Shown: positions 9,699 to 17,575, numbered from the stretch's first letter. The stretch is DNA of 52,012 nucleotides from an uncultured Bacteroidota bacterium (GCA_937139485.1 CAKZQD010000137.1:1-52012); one strand, 5' to 3'. Numbers and translations: made by a program. The notes: a model not told the origin generated them from the sequence alone.

Positions 9699-9873
9699 AA
9701 TGACTATCCGTTTAAATACAGTAAGTCTAATTTTGCGAAGAATGTTTCTCCCTTGAGGGAGATAAGAGGGTGATTCTTCGACAAAAATCACCCATCTACT
9801 TCCCTCAAGGGAAGAACAAGACTCGCAAAACATAAACCGATTAATTATTTATGCCTTTAAACGGATAGTCATT
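9699..9873. mobile_element. MITE-like palindromic element, copy 1
   Basis: Perfect 18-bp terminal inverted repeats AATGACTATCCGTTTAAA / TTTAAACGGATAGTCATT. Flanked by the 8-bp direct repeat CTACAAAG (9691..9698 and 9874..9881). Long internal imperfect palindrome (TTCTCCCTTGAGGGAG...CTTCCCTCAAGGGAAGAA). A second copy lies at 46439..46612. Confidence 0.7.
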
Positions 9874-10392
9874 CTACAAAGTATATTTATGAATTAAAAA
9901 GTATTTATACTGAAGCATACTTATTTTACCGTTTAGTATAATGTTTTCAAGTAAGCCGTCTAAAATAATAATGAGCAATCCCGTTTCTTTATCTATATCA
10001 TCAAATTGTAAACTGTCTAAAGAAAAACTTATTTGATCTTTAACTTCATTCCAAATAGATTTTGTTTTAAATTGTTGATTCCACTTCAATTTTATATAAA
10101 ATTTAAAATAAGGATAATTTTCTTCAGAAATATCAAATGGAAATTCAATAATTTTTTTTAAGAAAGATTTTCCGTCTACACAATTTTTAATGTCATCAAT
10201 TTGATTTTTAATAATTTTTTCAGACTGTTCAATAAGTACTGTGTATAAGTTATTTTTATTTTTAAAATGTTTAAAAATTAAAGCATCAGAAACCTTAGCT
10301 TTTTGTGCAATTTTTATTGTAGAAACAGCGGCATATTCATTATTAGAAAAAAGAAATAATGCAGCACTTAATATTTGATTCTTTTTTGACAT
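9874..10392 (-). CDS. TetR/AcrR family transcriptional regulator
   Basis: 172 aa. N-terminal HTH region ILSAALFLFSNNEYAAVSTIKIAQKAKVSDALIFKHFKNK is typical of TetR. Confidence 0.8.
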   Translation of the reverse strand: MSKKNQILSAALFLFSNNEYAAVSTIKIAQKAKVSDALIFKHFKNKNNLYTVLIEQSEKIIKNQIDDIKNCVDGKSFLKKIIEFPFDISEENYPYFKFYIKLKWNQQFKTKSIWNEVKDQISFSLDSLQFDDIDKETGLLIIILDGLLENIILNGKISMLQYKYFLIHKYTL

Positions 10393-10395
10393 TTA

Positions 10396-10437
10396 TTTAG
10401 TAAGTAAGTACTTACAAATATAATTGAACTTACTAAA
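10396..10437 (-). promoter_or_regulatory. Candidate TetR operator overlapping a -7 box
   Basis: 10-bp inverted repeat TTTAGTAAGT (10396..10405) / ACTTACTAAA (10428..10437). Inner 12-nt palindrome GTAAGTACTTAC (10404..10415). The minus-strand -7 box TATATTTG (10415..10422) lies 22 nt from the start codon. Confidence 0.4.
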
Positions 10438-10497
10438 TATAAAGCATTTTGTTTAAAATTAAATTTAATTTTGAAGAAGTAATTTTTATATAAAAAA

Positions 10498-10800
10498 CTA
10501 CTTTTTTGTGCCTTTAATTAATGTTTCTAAAGCCTGTAAATGATTTTTGAAAGCAAGTTTACCTTCTTTGGTTGCCTGGTAAGAAGTTTTGGTTTTTTTA
10601 CCTACAAATTCTTTCTTAACTGTAATAAATTCTATTTTTTCTAGCTTTGCCAAATGACTTGCCAAATTTCCATCTGTAAGTCCAAGAAGTTCTTTAAAGC
10701 CATTAAAGTCGTACCAGTCGTTTACCATGAGAATACTCATAACACCAAGTCTCACTTTATTTTCAAAAGCTTTATTTATATGTGAAAAAAAATCTTTCAC
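10498..10800 (-). CDS. Winged-helix transcriptional regulator (HTH_34-like)
   Basis: 100 aa. VRLGVMSIL...LGLTDGNLASHLAKLEKIEFITVKKEFVGKKTKTSYQATKEG matches the winged-helix pattern of this small regulator family. Confidence 0.65.
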   Translation of the reverse strand: MKDFFSHINKAFENKVRLGVMSILMVNDWYDFNGFKELLGLTDGNLASHLAKLEKIEFITVKKEFVGKKTKTSYQATKEGKLAFKNHLQALETLIKGTKK

Positions 10801-10804
10801 TACT

Positions 10805-11461
10805 TTAGTCTTTTTCGTATTTCCACCACATTAAAAAACCATATACTATATGTAGAACACCAAAACCAAGACACCAAAAAAGCAAGCCATAACCAATAAA
10901 AATACAACCAAACAAACCAAGTACAATTTCAGAAATACCTAAATATCTAATTTCATCTAAAGTATATTTTCCAGCATTTAAAAGTGCCAAACCATAAAAA
11001 ACTAAAGTTGTAGGAGCTACCAAACCAAACATTTTATAAGAAACAGAATAGTTATCTATAGAATGATACATTAATATTAAACAAAAAACACCACCAACAA
11101 AAAGAGGAATTAGTAAATTAATGATGGTTTTAAAAGCCGTTTCGTCCCAAAGTGCCAAACCTTGTTTTCTCGCTTTTTTGGTAGTAAAAAAAATACTACA
11201 GCTTATAGATAAAATTAAAACAATAAGCGCAACAATAATTCCAAAGAAAACAAAATCTACTGTTATATTCATAGGAAATCTATTTTTATAAACAGCTATA
11301 GAAAATGAACCAAAATATTTATAATAAACAGCAGCAGCACCAAGCAAAGCAAACGTACCAGCAAAAATTCCCGATAAACCACTTAAAGATATAAAACGAG
11401 AACTGCGCTCCATTAAGGCTTTTATATCTTTTAGGTTTTCTAAATGTTCATTTTTATCCAT
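10805..11461 (-). CDS. Integral membrane protein of unknown function, in an operon with the wHTH regulator
   Basis: 218 aa with about 6 hydrophobic segments. A 4-nt gap separates it from the downstream regulator gene. Confidence 0.55.
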   Translation of the reverse strand: MDKNEHLENLKDIKALMERSSRFISLSGLSGIFAGTFALLGAAAVYYKYFGSFSIAVYKNRFPMNITVDFVFFGIIVALIVLILSISCSIFFTTKKARKQGLALWDETAFKTIINLLIPLFVGGVFCLILMYHSIDNYSVSYKMFGLVAPTTLVFYGLALLNAGKYTLDEIRYLGISEIVLGLFGCIFIGYGLLFWCLGFGVLHIVYGFLMWWKYEKD

Positions 11462-11467
11462 AATAAA

Positions 11468-11486
11468 TACTTTGTACTACAAAGTA
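11468..11486. promoter_or_regulatory. Perfect 9-1-9 palindrome TACTTTGTA-C-TACAAAGTA, a candidate operator
   Basis: Lies 7-25 nt upstream of the start codon of the membrane-protein/wHTH operon. Confidence 0.35.
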
Positions 11487-11617
11487 AATAAAAACTACGC
11501 TAAACACATATTTTATTAATAAAAAAAAGGAACTAAAAATGAATTAGTTCCTTTCGTTTTGTTTGTGTTGTAAAATATTAAGTATACTGTTTTGTCTGCT
11601 TATAAATCAAAAAAAAA

Positions 11618-12415
11618 TTATAACGAAGCAATATAATTACTAAGATTTTGAATAGAACTATTCCAATGCAAACTTTCATATACTATAAAGTAGTTTGCTT
11701 GGTCAAGTGTTTTGCTGTAAGCTCTTTTAGCTACTTCAAGTCTATCTTTACTAAAAGAGAATAAGTTTATGAGTTCGTTTACTTGTTGAGCCGTAAAATA
11801 ATTTGATGCCAAGGCCTGATTAAAAACAGTCATTTTTCCATCGCTAAACCATTGTTTATCTATAGCATTTTTTAATTGATTAAATGCATTTTTGTGCATA
11901 GGAAATGTTTCAACTACAGGAGCATGAATAATTTGCTGTGGTGCTATAGTACCACAGTGAACTGGTTTTGGAGCACCTTGTGTAGACCAAAAAACAGGCT
12001 TAGTACCATACTGGTTGTCATAATGTTGGTTATGAGAATTGTGAGCATAATTTCCATGACCATAATGTTGTGGCACTTGTATAGCCAGTTGCTCTTCTAT
12101 TACATACTGTTGCTGTTCGTTTATAAAAGCATTTGTAATAGTATTTGCAGGTAAAAGCACTTTTCCAAAAAATAAAACTTCTTCTCTAATTCCAAAATAA
12201 TCTTGTACAGAATAAAAAACCTGTAAGTCGTGATAGCCTGCTGGAATATTGTTTATTGAAGCCAAACTATTATTTTCTGAAATTAATTGACCATCTAATA
12301 TTACCTTAATAGGAATATTAGAAGAAGTTCTTAAATTTAAAGTAGATAATTGTGCTGCGATCGCTTGGCTAGTTAAAGCCAATACAAAAACGACCAATGT
12401 TGCTATTTTTTTCAT
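11618..12415 (-). CDS. DUF4476-like secreted protein
   Basis: Signal peptide MKKIATLVVFVLALTSQAIAA. The C-terminal region (FNQLKNAIDKQWFSDGKMTVFNQAL...FSFSKDRLEVAKRAY) resembles DUF4476. The start at 12415 is preferred over the ORF-track start at 12442. Confidence 0.6.
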   Translation of the reverse strand: MKKIATLVVFVLALTSQAIAAQLSTLNLRTSSNIPIKVILDGQLISENNSLASINNIPAGYHDLQVFYSVQDYFGIREEVLFFGKVLLPANTITNAFINEQQQYVIEEQLAIQVPQHYGHGNYAHNSHNQHYDNQYGTKPVFWSTQGAPKPVHCGTIAPQQIIHAPVVETFPMHKNAFNQLKNAIDKQWFSDGKMTVFNQALASNYFTAQQVNELINLFSFSKDRLEVAKRAYSKTLDQANYFIVYESLHWNSSIQNLSNYIASL

Positions 12416-12512
12416 AATAATAAGTTTTATTATTATTACCAAAGCAAGCCTTGTGCCAAAGTACTCTAAATGTAATTTATTAACCTAGCGTTAACAAAAA
12501 GAAAGTTAAAAC

Positions 12513-12641
12513 TCTGCCTTGGTGCGTGTCTCTGCCATGGTTCGTGTCTTCACGCACCAAAAACTCTCCCTTGTTGCGTGTCCACACGCAACAACAAAAT
12601 AAAACTTATACAGTTTTAACATCTTCCATTACAAAATATCT
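12513..12641. repeat. Direct repeat A (core 12529..12641), which includes a duplicated 3' end of the SulP gene
   Basis: The 113-nt core is nearly identical to 15873..15985 by eye: 2 substitutions and one 1-nt indel. It contains the reverse complement of ...RYFVMEDVKTV-stop plus the hairpin TTGTTGCGTG-TCCA-CACGCAACAA. Confidence 0.8.
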
Positions 12642-12963
12642 CTGCCTTGGTTCGTGTATCTGTCTTGGTTCGTGTCTTCAAGCACCAAAATTCTCCCTTG
12701 TTGCGTGTCTACACGCAACAAAACTTTCTATGTTAGATGTTCTTACATAACGGTTTATGTATGAGTAGTAAGGGTTTTTGAAATACTACATTTTCAGTTT
12801 AGCACTTTGCCATATATAATAATTTCAATTGTATTTTTCTCTACAACTTAAATTTTATATTTAGCGGACTTCATTCAATGCTATGAACTTTCAATTTACT
12901 ACTAAACTCTTTATTACTTATACATTTTTGTTAAGCAAAGTATTTCCTTATGTAAATTAGATT

Positions 12964-13911
12964 TTACTTTAATTGTCTTTTAAATAAATCACTCATTCCA
13001 TTTACAATTTTGTTTACCGCTTTTGATTTGTAATACAAATCAAAATGATGACTATCAGGAATTATCATAACTTCTTTATCTTTTGAATCTAATTTATCAT
13101 AAAACTCTTGAAGTTTTTCTGGTCGGCTTCCGCCTGTTGCAAATGCCATAAAATAAGGTTTTTTTTGTTGGTTATATTCTTCAATATATTCAAATGGGTC
13201 AAATTCTATTGCTCCTGTTCCTCCTTTATAAAAATTCACTTTGTTTTTCCAAGTAGATACATCTCCAATTTTTCCAGGTCCATAATATTCACAAGCCAAA
13301 TGTTGCATTTTAGTAGTTGGAAATATTTTATCAGACCATTTAATGGGAGCCAATGGGACGAACATTTGAATACCAAATAAATTTAAAAATGCAACTATTG
13401 GTTTCATAGAAGAAAGCATTGCCTTTAGAACAAACTTAGCTCCATAAGCTTTCGCCATATCCTCTGGATTGGTAAATATGGGGCTAACTACTCCAGTTGC
13501 TTTTATTCTCTTATCTTCTATACTTGCAACTGTTGCATAGGCACTTCCCATACAAATTCCAACATTGAAAATATTTTCAACATCTACATTATTATGAGTT
13601 TCCAAAAAGGTTATTCCATTTTTTGTGTCCGAAATAATGCTATAAACATCTTCCACTCTTTTTCTTCCTTCACTTTCTCCGTAACCTTTTGGGTCAAATG
13701 CCAAAGTAATAAATCCTTTTTTAGATAATTCTTGAGCGTACAATCCTGCGGTTTGCTCTTTTACACCACTTGCAGGTCTTGTAACTATTACAGCAGGATA
13801 TTTTTTATTTTCGTCATAATTTTCAGGTTTAAAAAGCAAGGCTGCTAATTTTTTACCATCACTATCAAAATATACTTTGTCGTTTGTTTTATTTATTGTT
13901 AATGAACTCAT
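12964..13911 (-). CDS. Alpha/beta hydrolase, dienelactone-hydrolase-like, with a Cys at the nucleophile elbow
   Basis: 315 aa. The elbow is G-I-C-M-G-S (GxCxG) where GxSxG is usual. Candidate His lies in PDSHHFD. Confidence 0.7.
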   Translation of the reverse strand: MSSLTINKTNDKVYFDSDGKKLAALLFKPENYDENKKYPAVIVTRPASGVKEQTAGLYAQELSKKGFITLAFDPKGYGESEGRKRVEDVYSIISDTKNGITFLETHNNVDVENIFNVGICMGSAYATVASIEDKRIKATGVVSPIFTNPEDMAKAYGAKFVLKAMLSSMKPIVAFLNLFGIQMFVPLAPIKWSDKIFPTTKMQHLACEYYGPGKIGDVSTWKNKVNFYKGGTGAIEFDPFEYIEEYNQQKKPYFMAFATGGSRPEKLQEFYDKLDSKDKEVMIIPDSHHFDLYYKSKAVNKIVNGMSDLFKRQLK

Positions 13912-13921
13912 AATGTTTTTT

Positions 13922-14827
13922 TTAGTTTAAGTTTCTATACTCTTTTGGACTTATACCTTCACTATTTTTAAATATCTTACTAAAATGTTGAGGATATTCG
14001 AATCCTAAGCTAAATGCAATTTGACTAATTGGGTCTTCCGAGTTTAGTAATTTATTTTTTGCCTTTTCTACTATGTGTAAATGAATGTGTTCTGTAATGC
14101 TTTTTCCAGTTTCTTTTTTTAGTAAATCACTTAAATATTTACCAGACATTTGCAAAGCTTCACCACATTGAGTGACTGTTGGGATTCCTTTTTCTATAAG
14201 TGAATTACTCTCAAAATAGGATTGAATAAAAATTTCAAAATCACTAATAAAATCTTTTTGATGCGTTTTTCGAGTTAAAAATTGACGGTCAAAATATCTT
14301 TGGCTATATTTTAGTAAAGATTCAATATTGTGAATAATAAGTTCTTCTGTATGCTGATCTATATTTTGATGAATTTCTTTTTCAATTTTATATATAATTT
14401 CAGCAAGTGCTAATTTTTCATTGTACGAAATATGTAAGGCTTCATTATTGTTGTAATCAAAAAATGAATAGTGCTGAATAGTATTTGCTAAAGAATATGG
14501 GCGAATTAAATCTGGATGAAAAAAGATGCTCCAACCACCTAAATCTGGTTCGGAGATAGTTTGAGTTGATACAATTTGATTTGGTCGCATAAATACCAAA
14601 CTACCTTCTTGAAAGTCATAAGACTTTCTACCATATTGAAAAGCACCTTGAATGTTTTCTTTCAGTGAAATAAAGTATAAATGATTATTTACACGTAAAT
14701 CCTTTGCAAAACTCAAATCCATATCTTTTGTATGTCGAATTATAGAAACTAATGGATGAACAGGTTTTGCAAATCCTAATAATTCGTGAATTTGATTAAT
14801 GCTTTTTATGTGTAGAAAATCGTTCAT
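13922..14827 (-). CDS. AraC family transcriptional regulator
   Basis: 301 aa. C-terminal double HTH (VTQCGEALQMSGKYLSDLLKKETGKS...ISQIAFSLGFEYPQHFSKIFKNSEGISPKEYR). Confidence 0.85.
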   Translation of the reverse strand: MNDFLHIKSINQIHELLGFAKPVHPLVSIIRHTKDMDLSFAKDLRVNNHLYFISLKENIQGAFQYGRKSYDFQEGSLVFMRPNQIVSTQTISEPDLGGWSIFFHPDLIRPYSLANTIQHYSFFDYNNNEALHISYNEKLALAEIIYKIEKEIHQNIDQHTEELIIHNIESLLKYSQRYFDRQFLTRKTHQKDFISDFEIFIQSYFESNSLIEKGIPTVTQCGEALQMSGKYLSDLLKKETGKSITEHIHLHIVEKAKNKLLNSEDPISQIAFSLGFEYPQHFSKIFKNSEGISPKEYRNLN

Positions 14828-15321
14828 TACAGATAATTTTGAATGTGTTCATAATATATTTGACCCCTTTCTTTAGAAAAGTAGTCTATAACAATTAATG
14901 CAAAACCAAACAAGGAAAGTGCAATTGCAATTGCGTGAAATGTTGGATTTTTCGATAGACTAAAAGCAAGCATAGTTATTAAAAAACAAACGGCACTAAT
15001 TGCTAAAGAAGTTGGGTACATAAATTGAAAATCTTCCACACGTTTTTTTTCTACTTGAATAAATTCTGAAGAATTAGCCTGATATGCCTTTTCAAATTCA
15101 GCAATTCTCTGATTGTTGGAATAGACCATAGAACCACCCATAACAATAAAAAGTAGTCCAATTACCAAACTTGGAATTACCAAAGCTTTGGCATTTATTG
15201 TTGTTCCGTATTTCCAAATTAATAATGTGCATAGCAAAGTTAAAACGCCTAAAACAGCAATACATATTCCTTCAAATATTTCGCCTTTTGCCCATTCAGT
15301 TGTATATTTTATTAATTCCAT
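14827..15321 (-). CDS. Small integral membrane protein (4 TM) of unknown function
   Basis: 164 aa with four hydrophobic segments. Its stop overlaps the AraC start by 1 nt. Confidence 0.55.
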   Translation of the reverse strand: MELIKYTTEWAKGEIFEGICIAVLGVLTLLCTLLIWKYGTTINAKALVIPSLVIGLLFIVMGGSMVYSNNQRIAEFEKAYQANSSEFIQVEKKRVEDFQFMYPTSLAISAVCFLITMLAFSLSKNPTFHAIAIALSLFGFALIVIDYFSKERGQIYYEHIQNYL

Positions 15322-15332
15322 TTTCTATTTTG

Positions 15333-15358
15333 TTTAGATACTGCAAATTTAGATACTG
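15333..15358 (-). promoter_or_regulatory. Two exact 11-nt direct repeats flanking a -7 box, a candidate AraC-controlled promoter
   Basis: TTTAGATACTG (15333..15343), spacer CAAA, TTTAGATACTG (15348..15358). The minus strand reads TAAATTTG (15344..15351), 22 nt upstream of the ATG at 15321. Confidence 0.4.
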
Positions 15359-15856
15359 TACTAAAACTTAAATGCAACAAAAAGCGGAATTGCTAATATA
15401 ATTGGCGGAAAATTTAGGTATGGTTATTTATTCTGACTAACTTTTAGCTAATATTAGTAAAGGTTTAAAAGTTTTTTTACTAATTTTTTAACATTGTCAA
15501 CTCAAAATCATCAACACGTTTTCATAGTCAATCGCTAAAAAAATGTTGTTTCGCTTTCTTTTGTTTTGATACAAAAGAAACAAAAAAAAGCCTGGATTTA
15601 TTTCTTAACGTAAAAATCACATTAATCGTAAATTCTTAAGTTTTGTCGTACGAAAAACTTTATTATTAAACTCTAAAAATTCGTCTCCGAAATCCATTTT
15701 AAGATCTTAACGGATTTTGAAGCAATTTTTACTAAAATAAATAATGGCGTTTGAAAATTCTGCTAAAAAATCAAATTTCTTTTCATATTAATTGTCAAAA
15801 CTTTTCTCTGCCTTGTTGCGTGTCCACACGAAACAAAACTTGCATGTTACGTATTT

Positions 15857-15985
15857 TCTGCCATGGTTCGTGTCTATGCCATGGTTCGTGTCTTCACGCA
15901 CCAAAATTCTCCCTTGTTGCGTGTCCACACGCAACAACAAAAATAAAACTTATACAGTTTTAACATCTTCCATTACAAAATATCT
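15857..15985. repeat. Direct repeat B (core 15873..15985), overlapping the genuine 3' end of the SulP gene
   Basis: Partner of repeat A in the same orientation. Homology stops exactly at 15985/15986, inside the SulP coding sequence. Confidence 0.8.
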
Positions 15986-17545
15986 AGGATCATCAACAGC
16001 TTCTTGAATTACAGCTTCAAGTTTAGGCGAAGCTTTTTTCATTAATATTTTACAGTCTTCGCTTAAATGTTTTAGTTTAACGGTTTTTCCTGCTTCTTGA
16101 TATTTTTGAACCAACATATATAATGCCTCTAAAGCAGAATGATCACTAATTCTTGCTTCCATAAAATCTATTTCAACATTTTGAGGATCGCCAGCAACAT
16201 CAAATTTTTCGTTGAAAGGTTTAATACTACCAAAAAACAATGGACCCCAAATTTCATAAACTTTAGTTCCATCTTCTTTTACAAACTTTTTTGCTCTAAT
16301 ACGTTTAGCGTTTTCCCAAGCAAAAACCAATGCACTAAATATTACACCAGCAATTACTGCAATAGCCAAATCAAACATAACTGTAAGAGCAGATACCAAT
16401 ATAATTACAAAAGCATCTGTCATAGGTACTTTTTTCAAAACCCTAAAACTAGACCAAGCAAATGTTCCAATTACAACCATAAACATTACACCTACCAATG
16501 CCGCTATAGGAACTTGTTCTATTAAACTACTTCCAAAAAGAATAAAACTCAATAAAGCCAAAGCTGCTACAATACCAGACAAACGACCTCTTCCGCCACC
16601 TTTTATATTTATAATAGATTGCCCAATCATGGCACAACCGCCCATTCCACCAAATAATCCAGTTATAATATTTGCACCACCTTGTGCCAGACATTCTCTG
16701 TTTGAATTTCCTCTAGTTTCTGTTAGTTCGTCTACAAGGTTTAGTGTCATTAAAGATTCTATTAAACCAATAGCAGCCAATATTAATGCATAAGGCAAAA
16801 TAAAATAAAGCGTTTCAAGTGTAAAAGGAACTTTAGAGAAAATTTCTGCTTGAAAAACAGGTAAACCACCTTCTAAACCTTTACCACCACCATCAGCTAT
16901 AAATGAACCTACAGTAGCAACATCTAGTTTGGCAAAAATAGCAATACCAGAAACCACCAAAATAGCTATCAAAGCTTCAGGTATTTTTTTAAAGTATTTA
17001 GAAATGCCAAACATCATAAACATAGTTAAAGCAACTAAAGAAATCATTGTAAACAACTTAGTTCCTGTCATCCAAACCATCTCACCGCCTACACTTTCTT
17101 TAAACATACCAAGTTGAGAAAGAAAAATAACAATAGCCAAACCGTTTACAAAACCCATCATTACAGAATGAGGAATTAAACGAACAAATTTTCCTAGTTT
17201 TAAAACACCAGCCAGCATTTGAATAATTCCCATTAAAATTACCGTAGCAAATAAATAATACAAACCAGTTTGTTCACCAGCTGGCCCCATTGCATTTCCT
17301 TCGGCAACTAAGCTCACCATTACTACTGCCAAAGCACCAGTAGCACCAGAAATCATTCCTGGTCTGCCACCAAAAATAGAAGTTATTAAACCTATCATAA
17401 AAGCAGCATAAAGACCAACTAATGGATCTACGCCAGCCACAAAAGCAAAGGCTACGGCTTCAGGAACTAGTGCCAAGGCAACAGTTAAGCCCGATAAAAT
17501 ATCACTTTTTGCGTTTGCAGATTGTTTTGTTATCCAGTCTTTCAT
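15950..17545 (-). CDS. SulP-family anion transporter with a C-terminal STAS domain
   Basis: 531 aa. Begins DILSGLTVALALVPEAVAFAFVAGV. Multi-TM core followed by a STAS-like C-terminus (EIDFMEARISDHSALEAL). Confidence 0.85.
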   Translation of the reverse strand: MKDWITKQSANAKSDILSGLTVALALVPEAVAFAFVAGVDPLVGLYAAFMIGLITSIFGGRPGMISGATGALAVVMVSLVAEGNAMGPAGEQTGLYYLFATVILMGIIQMLAGVLKLGKFVRLIPHSVMMGFVNGLAIVIFLSQLGMFKESVGGEMVWMTGTKLFTMISLVALTMFMMFGISKYFKKIPEALIAILVVSGIAIFAKLDVATVGSFIADGGGKGLEGGLPVFQAEIFSKVPFTLETLYFILPYALILAAIGLIESLMTLNLVDELTETRGNSNRECLAQGGANIITGLFGGMGGCAMIGQSIINIKGGGRGRLSGIVAALALLSFILFGSSLIEQVPIAALVGVMFMVVIGTFAWSSFRVLKKVPMTDAFVIILVSALTVMFDLAIAVIAGVIFSALVFAWENAKRIRAKKFVKEDGTKVYEIWGPLFFGSIKPFNEKFDVAGDPQNVEIDFMEARISDHSALEALYMLVQKYQEAGKTVKLKHLSEDCKILMKKASPKLEAVIQEAVDDPRYFVMEDVKTV

Positions 17546-17567
17546 AATAGCTTGTTTTAAACGGGCG

Positions 17568-17575
17568 CAAAGGTA
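17568..17575 (-). promoter_or_regulatory. Candidate -7 box for the SulP gene
   Basis: The minus strand reads TACCTTTG, 22 nt upstream of the start at 17545. Confidence 0.3.

Noticed and set aside
12640-12680. Tandem units of about 19 nt (also at 15857..15895), considered as a possible CRISPR array
   Set aside because: There are only 2-3 adjacent units with no unique spacers between them, the repeat is far shorter than CRISPR repeats, and no cas genes are present.
12526-12750. 74-aa ORF in the track, together with the ORFs at 15751..15963 and 15792..16007
   Set aside because: They lie entirely within the hairpin and tandem repeat arrays. Their peptides are repeat-derived (LPWFVSSRTK, LGSCLQAPKFSLVAC), and each reading frame exists only because the repeats lack stops. 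These are not genes.
15372-15856. ORF-free leader of about 500 nt upstream of the cassette operon, examined for a riboswitch, sRNA or pseudogene
   Set aside because: It contains only AT-rich hairpins: TTTCTTTTGT-TTTGAT-ACAAAAGAAA near 15556, and the 12-nt palindrome TTAAGATCTTAA near 15700. All six frames are full of stops, and I recognise no conserved riboswitch core. No call can be supported.
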